From positions 43,066-107,065 of the forward strand of contig JAAOMT010000219.1 of the NCBI GenBank assembly GCA_016748015.1: a stretch of 64,000 bases of DNA, in the 5' to 3' direction. Shown piece after piece: positions 26,810 through 39,200 of the stretch (position 1 is its first letter; every line of letters starts with the position of its first letter). Both the position numbers and the translations under genes were made by a program. The notes beneath the pieces were generated by a model. That model did not search any database. It was not told the DNA's origin and saw only the letters and a list, made by a program, of their open reading frames with translations. This DNA comes from Geosiphon pyriformis uo1 (Eukaryota; Fungi; Glomeromycota).

Positions 26810-28948
26810 TTATAAAGTTTGAATATTAGTTAATTTGTCTAATACTTTAAGAATATTATCTGGAATTTTTCTATAAGATTTATACTTTTTTATAGCATAT
26901 TCTACTAATTTTCTACTAAAACTTTTTTTATAAAGATTCATATAACACCAACATTTTCTTAAAAATTATCTAATAGTTATTAAAGATACTAATTCAAGAT
27001 TTTCAAGTACTGTTCTTTATAATTCTTTTCATGAATAATTATATTTGTTATGTGCATATTTTTTAGCAGTTTTTTAATATTTTTTAATAAAATTTAATTC
27101 GCAATAAAATTTTAGAAAAAATGCACTTATGTTCCATACTTTTGATTAATTCTTTAATTGTATTTTTTTGAACAAAAAAATCGAATTCCAAAGATATTAT
27201 TTGGCATGCACAACAAGAAACTCTTGAAAAATCTTTGATTTTTTCTTTGTATTTTTGGCATTCTAATACTAATCTTTTTGATGGCCATTTTTTTTGTTCT
27301 ATTAATACTTGTTTAATTCCTTTAAACAATCCTTGAAGTTTTTTATCTGAATATGTTTTCAGAAAGATCATCGATTGTAATTAATTATCTAATCCAAAAG
27401 AAGTATTTTACATTAATGATTGTTTTTTACTTAGACTTAAATTCATTCTGCTTGCAATTAAAACATTTTTACTAAATGCTGAATAATTAGAGCTATTATT
27501 GAAAGCAAATATAGCTATATAGTCTGAATATAATTTCTCAAAAATTAAAATTGCTTTACATTTAATTTGTTTAAGAAGATGGTCTGCTGTTTAATAACTA
27601 TTTTGATTTATACTAAGTTACAAATAGCATCATGCTTTTTTTGATATATTAGAATAGTTTTTTATATTATTTTGTTGCAAACATAAATGTCTATTAATTT
27701 TAATTAAAAATTCATTTATCATAATTGATTTTTTTTTTCTTTTTTTCTTAGTGGCAAATTTTCATGTTCAGCTCATATGCCATGCTTGCCATTATTTGAA
27801 TAAAAAATACATTCATCATGAACTACAAGAACTTTTTTTTTCCATTAAGTAAATTAGAACATATTTAATCCATAAATTTACTTTCATACTTTGACATATA
27901 TTTTTCATGCTCAAATATTTTTTCTAAAAATTCTTTTCAAGATTGTAAGACATTATTTTTTTCATGTTCATCATAATATAAGTCTTGATAATGTTGTTGG
28001 AATAAATAACCAAGAATTTTGAGCTATCTTACTGCAGTCATAAAATTAATAATTTTTTTATTATTATTTTAATATTAGAAAACAATTCATGTTTGATAAA
28101 TTTTTTAAATATGGCTGGAATGGCATTGAAGTTTTGGTTTTTAATCCAAATATGACATCTTTTTACAATGTTTTTATTATCAATTATTCTAATTGTTTTT
28201 TGGTGTTTTCTATGTTTTGATGTTGGAAGCTTATCATTAAGCAACCAATACTTTGCAAGATATCGAATTTTTTGTGCTTTCCATATACTACCATTAATAA
28301 AAACCTTCTGGGCAATTTTCAAACTAGCATTAATTTTTTCATGTTCATTATTATCATTTAACAAAGTAAGATATTCAAAAATAACTCTTTTTTGATTATA
28401 TTTAAAGACAGTTAACTGAACATATTGTTTTTCTAAAGGTTCTTTTAACTCTTGCTCTTTTTTTATTTAATTAACATATAGATCAATCTTACTTTCTGAA
28501 TTGTTTAAAGATTCATTAGATTTGAATTATTGTAAATCTGTAGTTTGAATATTACTAATATTAAAAAAAGTAGTAATTTTTTTTAGTTCCAGCTGCTGCT
28601 TTTGTAAATAAACTATTTGGTCCTTATTTATTGTAATAAGTTGACTTTGGTATCTTTTTTGTCATGTAAGAGTCTCATTTTTTTTTTAGATGATTGTTAT
28701 TTTTCTATACTAAACTGAGTTTTTTTAATTTTGTATTTATTCTAATTATGGCTTTCATATCTTCTGTATTATCCTATTTACTATTATCATCATTGTCCCA
28801 CTCTCTATTACTAATATCTAGTCTGTTAAATTTATTTACTTCAATATCATGATCATTTATTGAAGTGATATGATGTGTTTTTTTATATAATCTTTTTATA
28901 TTTCTAATTTAATCTTTAGCTTTTTTTTCCTTTAGAATAAAGTGGCAT
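26810..28948 (-). pseudogene. DDE transposase (IS630/Tc1/mariner superfamily, fungal long-spacer type), degenerate
   Basis: Motifs LVVHDECIFYSN(D)GK (about 27810), IFAF(D>N)NSSN (about 27500), KGIKQVLIE..W, CCA, FYCELNFI(E>K) (about 27090), and C-terminal AIKKYKSYRKIP. Probable ATG at 28948. Confidence 0.8.
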
Positions 28949-29132
28949 TTTTTTATGTAATATAATGTTAATCTAGTGTGTAATTAGTGCTTGGACAGAA
29001 TTAAAAAATTTGAACTATATAATGTTGTACAACAAAATTATATCACAATAGAAATAGTATTTTTAACTTAAATATATATATATTCTTTAAATCTTTTTGG
29101 TTCTAATTTAAACTTTAATTTCTGTTTTGTAG

Positions 29133-31094
29133 TTCTAGATAAGAAGCAATCAAAAAAAGCTCCTTTGGTATTCATCAAAAAAAAAATTTTATTGATGTTA
29201 GGAAAATTATTTGAGCCAAAAATTCAGATGACATCAATAAAAATAGTTACCACAAAAATTTCTTTAACTTATAACAAAGAATTTGGGCAAAAAAGTCTAA
29301 CATTAACAATTAAACAACTAATTCAAAAAAAACCCGATTTTCAAATTGAAGCTGATCCCTCAGAGCTAATAAAAAATTTATTACAAATGATTGTTGATCA
29401 AAAAGATAGTAGGTAAAAATATTTAAGATAGATTTCAATTTTAGTATTACAGTCTAGTTATGATCTCTTATTTTTATATTCAGTAATTAACAATATGCTG
29501 AATTATTTATGAATTTACCATCCAAAAAAAAATATCCAGAATATTATGATGTGATCAAAAAGCCAAGATCCTTAAATATAATTAAAGTTGGTACTATATA
29601 CTTCTTTCTCATTGGTTACTTAATACTTAACATATGTTTTCTATATTACATCAGTAAAAAATTTGAAAAGGATATTATTTATTTATGAATTTAATTAGAA
29701 CTTGCAATTGATTTCGAAAATGTCATGTATTTTAATGATGATTCACATATTTTCAAAGATGTTAAATTTTTACAAATGAGAAGTTTATTAGACCTTTACA
29801 AAAAAATCTGGGTTTTATCTACTTAAATTAATATGTTTCATATATTTTTTGCATTAAAACAAACTTGTTAGAAAATGTACAACACTAATAAAAAAGAGCT
29901 ATTTAAGATTATGGGCTTTAAAACAACTTAAGTTTTCCCAATTAAGGTAAAGCCAAAAATCTTTCAATTTTAATCTGATTCCCCTAAATTAACACCAACT
30001 GATATAAGTTTCTTAATTATTGTAATAAGTTATTATATATTATATTCTAATAAGTTGTTGAAATATTCAACAATCAAAATTTTTTTTACAGTCTAAGAAA
30101 CCAATTCTAAAATTAAATCATAATTTGGTTAAATACACAATAGGTATTTTAGTCATTATATTTTTCTTTAGTATAATTTATTATTTAAATATTAAATTTA
30201 ACCAGAAATCTTTATTACAGAGAATTTTGTATATTTCTTAGATCCAAGTAATTCTTTGAAATGCAATATTATAGTTATTAAAAAGTTATTTATGAATTCA
30301 AAATAAGTATCCATATTATAATAAAAATAATACTGGTCAAAATTTTCAAAGTTGCTTACTGTTTCTTACCTCTCATAGATTACAAAAACAATTTGCAGTT
30401 TTTTTTTTTAGATCTAATCAAGTTTATTTTTAATCATGAATACTACTTTTATGCTTTACATTTTTAAGCTTTTAATCATTTCTTTTATTAGATAGAACAC
30501 AATCTATTCCTAAAATTTTACAAAAAAGAAGTGTTCAAAACATTAGTCATTGAAAAACATATGTTGTATATATAATGCTGCAAAAAAAAGTAAGCCATCT
30601 ATAATTTATTACAGAGTTTATTTATTAAAAAATTAATTGTATTAATTTTTTTCATAAATTTTAAGCCATGCCCTTGCTTCAAGATATAAAAAATTGAGGC
30701 AAATAATCAATCTTTTGTAATATTTCTTAATACTAAACATTTTGTCCACAGTATTACTCTTAAGCCAACAGTCAATCACGTTACAGTTATTTCAATTTTT
30801 GCCTTAAATCTGCTGCTTTCAGCACCAAAGCCAGTTGTTCTTGATGTTTATCGAAAAGAACACAAGGTTACAAATAGAGTACAAATAATATTCCCAAATT
30901 CTCTGACAATTGCTTATAGTACTTTTATAATTCCTTTGATGCTTAGTGTGAACAATATTAATATCTGGATTTTTATCTTGATAATAACAACCAAATATAG
31001 TAGTAGTATAAATAGAATATTTATGATTAATGGTGCTATGTTATTAGCAGAAGACACACAAACTGAGAAATACTATATTTTTATAAAAAAGTGA
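29133..31094 (+). pseudogene. Captured, intron-containing chromatin-reader gene fragment: bromodomain + BAH domain + C-terminal Ig-like domain (RSC1/2/4- or polybromo-like)
   Basis: Bromodomain: LIKNLLQMIVDQKDS / QYAELFMNLPSKKKYPEYYDVIKKPRSLNIIK / FENVMYFNDDSHIFKDVKFLQ (about 29360-29775). BAH: YTI.NFVYFLDPSN..NIIVIKKLF, FFRSNQ, KFYKKEVFKT (about 30090-30590). C-terminal HSITLKPTVNHVTV...FIIPL..VNNINIW...EKYYIFIKK* (about 30740-31094). Several GT..AG introns (e.g. 29413-29483, 29587-29654). Confidence 0.75.
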
Positions 31095-34000
31095 TTATCT
31101 AAAGATTAGATTAATATTAATTAAAAGTTTTTCTAAAAATAATAATACTTTGATAATTTATTACATAGTAACATGACTTTAATAATTGTGAATTGGCTAA
31201 AATCTGATTAATTGGCATCTAAAAATTAAAAATTAATAATAAAAGTGGCTAATTTTAAACTTTAATAACTTTATAAAATATAATATAATTCAAAAAAGTA
31301 AATTGTAAATGTAAAAGAGAAGAACTTAATCTATTATATTTATAGTTTAGTTTTTTAATATTATTAAAATTGAAAGACTAGATACAATTTAAAATTATAT
31401 AAATTGTTTAATAACTATAAATGGTTTGCACTATAATAGAAACAAAGTTAAGATCTATTATTAAGTCATAGATTGCAAATAAGTTTGATAAAATATGAGT
31501 TTTTATGTCTAATTTGAAAAAAGGTTTTTTTAATGCTAGTATGATCATTGTTATAAACAATTCTTTGGCTTAACATGTTTTAAAGATAAAAAAGTTCTTA
31601 GTTATATTATTTTAATGCAGCTTCTTTTTAAGAACAAGTTTTTAGCTATGGTTTTAAATTTATATATTGGTATTTTTACTGAAACAAAATTTGGTTAAGC
31701 TTTAAAAATTAATTTTCTCATTGCTAATGCTGTCAATTTTAGCATTTTTGTGGTTTAGATGGGAATTTTAATAAAAATGAGTTTGAAAAGAGTGTAAGTT
31801 TTAAATTTTGTTTAGATTTAGGTTTGGTTAATTCATTTGGTGGACATTTTTTGGTCAAAACATTGACTTAAAACAACTTAAAAGATGTCAAAAAAGTTAT
31901 AAATTACATTTTTGTAAGTGAAAACTTATTGTTTATAGTTGCTGATTATGGTATCAACTTTGTGTTTACATTTTTTAATACTAATTACAAAACTATTCTG
32001 GTGTCAATCAGTTTGGGTAATTTCTTAAATGTTTATTTGAATAGTGTACACAAGCAAGTTAACAAAGATTATTGGAAGTTTAAAATCAAAAATGCCAATA
32101 GTGCCAAATAAATATATTTTAAAGAGTGTTCTTCTATCAAACTTTTGGCTGTAAAAGATGTGTTTTAGGTGCTAAAGCTAATAATAATTTAAATACTATA
32201 TAGAAGTTGCTAAAAAAGATAGTAGTAGAGTTAGCTGATGCAATTTTTTCCAAACATTAGTTCAGCAAGTTTTAGTGTTTAAAAAACAGACTGTTTTTTA
32301 AGTTTTATGGATTAGAATTGCTTATTGCCAAGATAGTTAAAAAGTTGAGCTTTGGTAATATGCTTAAATTTGATTGTCTTATAAAAAAATGGTTAACTTT
32401 AAATAGTGATAAGATTTTAATAACATTGTTTGAAATAATGTAAAATTGTCTAACATTATTAAATATTTGTTATTAGTTCAAAAAAATTACAGAAAATCTA
32501 AAATGTATAAGTTAAGATTGACTAAAAAAGCATCTATCAAGAAGACTATTGAGAAATACATAGAAAGTTTTAGTTTTAATAAAGAAGATATAATTAAGAG
32601 TATTTTAGATCAGTTTTTTTGCAAAATAGTGCTAGATTACTTGGTAATAAATAATGAGTTAGTTCTTGAATCAGAGGAAATAAAGCTCAATATTGATAAA
32701 ATTATAGAAAGTTAAACAAAAAACAGACTATATCTCTGGTAATGCTTGATCTTTAAGCTTACTAATATGTACTATTGGATTATGTGAATAATAATGCTTT
32801 TGTTAATATAATAAAAGAGATTAGTATAGAAAAATTGCTCTTGGTAATTAACAGTTTGTTCAATAACAAAGCTGCTGATTTGTTTGACATTTTTAATAAA
32901 TTTTGAAAACATGGTAACAATAAGATAGTGGAGTATCTTTTGGAATTGTTAAATATATGTTTGTTCCTTAGCAGTGTTTCTGTTTTATGGAAGAAAACAT
33001 AAGTCTCAATGATTTCTAAACTTTATAATTAGAATAGAGTTTTAATGAACACTTAACCTATTGCTTTAATCAAAACTGTAAAAAAAATTTTCTTTAAAGT
33101 TCTATCTAATTGGATTTTATCTGTATATAGTAAGTTTGGTGTTCTCTGAGATAATAGTTTTTCAGTTTTTCAGTTTTAAAGAATATATTTATTTAGTCTT
33201 TTGTATTTGCCATTGGGTTAGTAATTGAAGATGCTTTGAAGAAAAATAAGAAGCTTTAGAATATGTGCAAAGCATATAACTTAGTTAGTTGGTATTAGCC
33301 TACAACAAATCAAAATGTGTGATAAATTTATTAAATTTTTTGGCAGTATATACAAAGATAGAATTAATAGAGTAATAACAAATTTTGGTTTCTTGAGTGG
33401 CTATAGGATGTATAATAAATTGAATCAGAATAAAATTTTCTCACTCCTTTTTTGAAAAATTTTTTATAATCTTTTCTTGTGTAAAGTTAAACAGCATGAA
33501 CATTTGTATAAATACTAAATCAATTTTAATTTTATGACAAGAACTGGCAGAATTGAAAATAGTAATAAAATATATTTTTTTTCCAGCTAGTGTATTTGTT
33601 AATAATATGATTTGGATTGGAAATAGTCAGACTTTTATACAATATGCTTTAAATATTGCCAGTGAATTTTTTATAATCAATAATATTTCAATTAACAATG
33701 AAAAAATTGTGGTTATTTTTATCAATCAAGATGTTAAGATTGTTTCTTTAAAATCAGTAATTTGCTAATTTTGATTCCCAAAAAAAGCAAAATACACAGA
33801 TATCTGGGAATTTTTTTATCAACTAATAAGTTGTTTAAGCCAAGTATAACCAAGACTTATTTAGATATTTAGTTTTTTGTTAATGTAATACTCTAAAAAA
33901 TTATTATAAATAAACAGTTTTTATATTTAATATCAACTGTTTTGCAGTCCATAGTTAATTATAAAATCCAGTTCAGTTTTATTTCTTTATGTATGTGTTA

Positions 34001-35220
34001 CAAGTAGAATGTTATGATTAGAAAAAGTCTCAAGTTTAAAGCCAGTTTGTTATGTGATTTCTTTAATAAAACTTTACATTATTCTTTCTTAAATAGTTTA
34101 AAGTTGTTTGAGCAAGTACAGTCTAAATGAAAATTGGCTGTTTTAGTTATTTTTTCTAATGTTTTAGACATTTTTTGTCATTTATTTAATCACAAATTTT
34201 TGGATTTGCAGATTTTGGATTGGGTTTTTTTAAATTTTTTGCAGTTTTTTATCAAGTTATGTGTTAGTTCAGTAAATAATTTTTTGGCTAAGATAATAAG
34301 AATTTTTTTGAACAATAAGTTGTCTTTAATGAACAATCTGCTTAATGTATTTTATAGTTTTAGTGAGTTTTTAATATTAGTAATTTTAAAAAAAACCTTG
34401 TATTTTGGTTCTGTTTGTTCTTTAAAACAGTTTGGAATTGCTTTTGGTAATAGACTTGTTAACAAAAAGAATACTATAATAGAATAAAAAATTTTTTATT
34501 ATTAAAAAAAATTGAATTCTAGAGATCTTGTGTCTTATTAATTTGGATTTACATTATAATTTTTGTGTAATAAAAGTTTTTTGTTAATTAATGCAGCCAA
34601 AACTAATTAGTTATTGGGCTTGAACATTCTAGATTCTAAGGAGTTATTTAATGTACAGTGTAATTTGCATGAGGTTTAGTCTGGCTTAATTAATATTTAT
34701 ACAGATAGTTCTTTAAAAAATGTTGAATCTACCAATGTTGCTAGTAGAGCAGTTGTATATTTTCTGGTTGTAAATATAAGTATTGGTATAAAAATATATA
34801 GACTTTTGTTTTTTACTATGGCTGAATTACAGACTGTTACTTTGTCTTTGGAGTGTATTCTGTTTTCTTGTATAGTTAATTTGTACCTTGACAGCCAAGC
34901 TGCTATTGATAGATGTGTTTTTGAATTAATGTTTACTGCACCAGACTTTTATAATTTATGCTAAATAAAAAAAAGCATATTGTTAATTTGATTAGAGATA
35001 AGGATCTTATTGTTGATTGGATAAAGATTAAAAATTATTTAAAGATTTATAACAATGTAAAAACTAATGTAATAGCTAGCAAAACTGCTTATTTTTCTTT
35101 TTTTTTGTTGTTAGGAATGTGAAAATGTTTTTTGGTAGCTGAAAACACAGCTGTGTTTGACAATACCTATTATTTTGTTCAAGATTTATATAGTTCTATT
35201 TGTTGTATTTGTTGAAAAGC

Positions 35221-35605
35221 TGGTATTATTCATAAAAATTTAAAAATTTTAATAAAAATATAAAGTAGCCAATTAGAAATAGGCATAGTAAAAAAGAAAT
35301 TTCAGGATTTTTTTTAAGAAATTACAGAATTCTAGAAATTTTAGAATTCCTCTTAAGAAATTACAAAATTCTAGGAATTCCAGAATTTTTGGTTAGAAGA
35401 ATTGAAAAAATGCAAAAAATCTTATATAACATTAATTATATATATATAACAAAAATGTTAAAAGCAGAAAAAACAGAATTAGTTCAAATTAAATACCAAT
35501 AATCAATTAATTATTTACTACTTCTTCTTTTAAAAAGTAGTTTTCTACAGTCTGAAATAAAATTAATCACATATCAATAAAATATCTCTTATTACCTAAA
35601 TCTAT
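35221..35605 (+). mobile_element. Family-A-type LTR, cut about 40 bp before its end by the family B LTR
   Basis: Starts TGGTATTATTCATA, has the CCAAT box, GAATTC-rich repeats and TATA-like tract of the LTRs at 53742-54113 and 62341-62708. Confidence 0.8.
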
Positions 35606-36275
35606 TGTTACAGATTAGAATAACAAGCTAATGGATAGCAAGAGAGAACAAGATTATAGGGTGATGAAAAAAATCAAAGAAAATTCAACTTCAAAGAGCA
35701 AATTGAATAAGTAAGGATTCAACATGTGAAATCAGTTTCATAAAATATCTCAGTTACTGTACTTTTCTAAAGATAACCAGAAATTTGAAGATAGAGGGAT
35801 AGTCCATACTGTCAACAAATAATTACACACTGGTATAATTCTATGCCTTACGTCAGTGCTCTTAGAATTCAATATCAAGTATCAAATATACTCTTTAGTC
35901 ACATTTTATTCAATAATCTTTAAATGCTGCAATTACACATTTCAAAAAAAAGGTAAGAAATAACCAACAAGTAATCTTTTATCTCAAGATGTTCAGATAC
36001 TTGAAGGTAAAAAAAGAAAAATTAGCAATAAGAGAATGATTGAGATGAAAGTTGTTATTTTATTTATTTGATTTTTATATGTTTTTCTATAGCTAAAAGA
36101 TTCATTATTTATATAGCTGTCAAAAGTGATCAATGATTAGGTCAATGATCAGGTTAATAATCAGGTCAATGGTCAGGTCAATAATCACTTTCTAAAAATA
36201 GAGTGGCTAATTTATATGACATCAGTGGCTAATATATGTGATAATTAATAAGAAGTATAAGTTTCAACTGTAACA
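35606..36275 (-). repeat. Family B 3' LTR (670 bp), preceded by polypurine tract GAAGAGGATGA (36276-36286)
   Basis: Terminal inverted repeat TGTTACAG...CTGTAACA. It contains a 12-bp tandem repeat (TGATCAGGTCAA x4-5, about 36127-36190) and a TATA-like TATATAAAT. Confidence 0.8.
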
Positions 36276-39200
36276 TCATCCTCTTCAAAGAGATTGAGCT
36301 CTGGCAAAATTAAGCTATTTATGGTGTAATCTATTTGAAAAGTTTTATTTAACTCAAAGCTAACTAGTTTGTTGAAGTTTTTTGTGGATAGGGTATATAA
36401 CACTTAAAATGAAATGAGTTTTGTATTCAAAAGACCAAATCTTTGTATTAAAGTTTTGGCTCTTCTAACAATAGTTAAAACTCTTGAAACATTTAACTGT
36501 ATAATGTCCAAAATTTCTGCTTGTATCTTTAAAGTTGTTTTTTTTATGAGTTTTATATTCTCTATAATTTCATCAAGGCAACCATAGAGTTCTAATTGCC
36601 TTCTATATGACAAGTTTTTGTTTATGAGTAAGATTTTTTGAAGTGTTTTTTCAATTGTGCTAGAAGGTGGGAGTATAGCTGCTGTTATACTTTCCAACAG
36701 ATATTTATTCATTTTACTACTAATTTTTTTTCTTCTGGTAGTAGTTTTTTTTAGTCTAATAACAGTATGTGTTCTACTGTTATCAGTTATGGTAGTTTGT
36801 TTTCTAATAGTCAGAATAGCATTTGGATAGTTTTTAATCTAATACTTATAGAGAGTATAAAAGACGTTTTGAATGTTTTGATCCAAAAAATAATTGTTCT
36901 TAATTGAAGATATCTCTGTTTTGGAAATGGTGCATTTATTTATACTTGACTTTTGTTGATCATTTGAGTTGGTATTATCACAACAGACAACTAATTAGGT
37001 CGTTTATGATATTTTTTAAGTCATGTACTATGAACAGAACAATTATTAAAGATTGTTCCAGATTGATCTTAAAAAATATAAGAACCATTGTTCAAAACTT
37101 TGTTGACTATAAAAAGTCCTTTCTACTGGCTAAAAAATTTATCACCATAAACATTGTTTCTGTTTAAACAGTATTCTAATACCAAATTACCAACACTTAA
37201 AGAAAGTGTTTTATAGGTTTTTTTTTTCTTAAGTTTTTCTTAGAACTGTTTTATCTTTTTAAAAGCAATTATTCATGCTTCTACCAAGGAGTCAAAAATG
37301 GTACCAAGTCTTTTTTGCAAAATGTCTTTGTAATTTTCTATTGTGATTTCTTCAAAGAATATTGTCTTAATGTCAGTTTCTATTAGTAGTGTTGTTATGT
37401 ATCCATAGAGCAGATAAAAAAGTTCATAACTTGTTATATCATGATTCACAGTTCTATAAGCAAACAAAACTGAAGGCAGTACTTTGTCCCATAAGTTTGT
37501 TTCTTTACTGGTTTTGGCTAGAGTTTCACATAGTGTTTTATTAAAACATTTTACTAAACTATTTGTTTAGAGGTGATAAGGAAAGAAAAGTTTATGATGT
37601 ATTCCCATTTTTCTACAAAGTTTTTCAATCAATGTACTGAGAAAAGCTCTTTCTCTATTAGATAGAAGTTCTTTGGGATAGCCATAATGGCAAATAATAT
37701 CTTCATAAATGAAATTGGCTATTGAGATTGCTGTTTGGTCAAGAGTGGCTCTTGTTTCTACCTACTTTGTAAGATAGTTGGTAGCTGTAATAATATATCT
37801 GTTTCCATCAGAAGTTATTGTTAAAAATCCAACAACATCTATACCAATTCTGTCAAATGGTTGACTAACAGAGATTAAATAGATATCTTCTTTGTGATTG
37901 GGTTTGCTTCTTCTTTGGCAGATGTTACAGGTTTTGATGTATTCAGCAATGTTTTTTCCCAAGATAGGCCAATAATAACGAGCTAAGATTTTCTGAATTG
38001 TCTTTGTTTTTTCAAAGTGTCTAGCTAATAGATCAGTGTGCATGTTGTATATTACAATTTCTCTTTCTTCAAATCTGATGATTCTCTAGAGACAGTCAGA
38101 ATTTTTTTTGTTTCTTTTATATAATTAATTCTGGTGGATTAAATAGAAATTTAATTGTTTGCACAAATGTTTTCTTTGCTGTCAAGTGTATTCTGGTGGG
38201 TATTGTCCTTTACCCAAAAATTCCATTAAGACAGAGTAGTTGTTCAAGTCCATTATTGTGTTTGTTTGTGAAAAGTTTACTAATAATTAAGTTGGTTTGG
38301 TTTGAGAGATTGTACTATTATTGAATGGTAAATCTAGAAAGAACATCAGTGTTTTGATGATTTGCTTTTTTGTGGTGTTGAATATCATAGTCAAATTCAT
38401 CCAAGTGGAGTATTCAGCGAGTTATTTATTTGTGTTCCAGCTTTTTTTTATTGTGCAGCCAAATCAAGGCTTGATGATCTGTTACCACTAAGAATTTTGC
38501 ACCAAGAAAATATTGATTCCAGTAGTTAGTAGCCCAAATTACTGCTAAACATTCTTGTTCAGCAACTGAATAGTTCTTTTCTGCTGGTGTGAGGGATTTA
38601 CTGGCATATGCTATGACATGTTCTCTGCCATTTTCATCTTTTTGTAAAAGAACAGCACCAAGTTCATAGCCAGATGTATCAGTATGGAGGATGAAAGATT
38701 GGTTCAGATCAAGTTGTTTGAAAATTGGTTCAGTAACAAGTTTTTCCTTCAGAATTTCAAAAGCTTTTTGTTGATAAATGCTCCAGTGATAATTGACATT
38801 TTTCTGAATAGCTAATTGAGAGGAAAGGCAATTTTGGAGAAATCCTTAATAAATTTGCAGTAATAAGAGACCAAACCAAGGAAAAAGTGTAGTTTAGGAA
38901 CATTCATTGGTTGTCTAATGTTCTGGACTTTTTCAACTTTAGCTGGGTTAGAGAAAATTCTATCTTTTGTAATAAAATGACCAAAAAACTGGGTGGATTG
39001 GTGTCCAAAAAAAGATTTGATTAAGTTGATCTTAAGACCAGCATTTCTGAGCAGATCAAAAACCTTCTGTAAATATTCAAGATGTTCATCTTAGGTTTTT
39101 GAGTAGACTATTATGTCATCTAAGTAGACTAGAACCAAGTTTTCTTTTACTGATTTAAATACTTTGTTTATTAGGCATTGAAAGGTGGAAGGAATATTGG

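Larger units (their letters stand above)
26627..31433. mobile_element. IS630/Tc1/mariner-type DNA transposon (~4.8 kb) with TIRs and TA target duplication, carrying a transposase and a captured gene
   Basis: Left end TA|TGGTGCAAACCATTTATAATCATTAAA. The right end reverse complement reads TA|TAGTGCAAACCATTTATAGTTATTAAA. The LINE ORF2 sequence is continuous across the removed element. Confidence 0.9.
24506..35220 (+). mobile_element. LINE copy 3, heavily AT-shifted; split by the DNA transposon at 26627-31433 and truncated by an LTR at 35221
   Basis: The 5' end matches copy 1. ORF1 runs about 24640-26511. ORF2 starts at 26511 and resumes at 31436 (IETKL), then follows copies 1 and 2 through APE, RT and RNase H. 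Confidence 0.85.

Noticed and set aside
36900-37100. Chromodomain at integrase C-termini (also about 41850-42000)
   Set aside because: No aromatic-cage/YLVKW-type motif is visible. The integrases appear to end shortly after the GPF/GPY-like motif.
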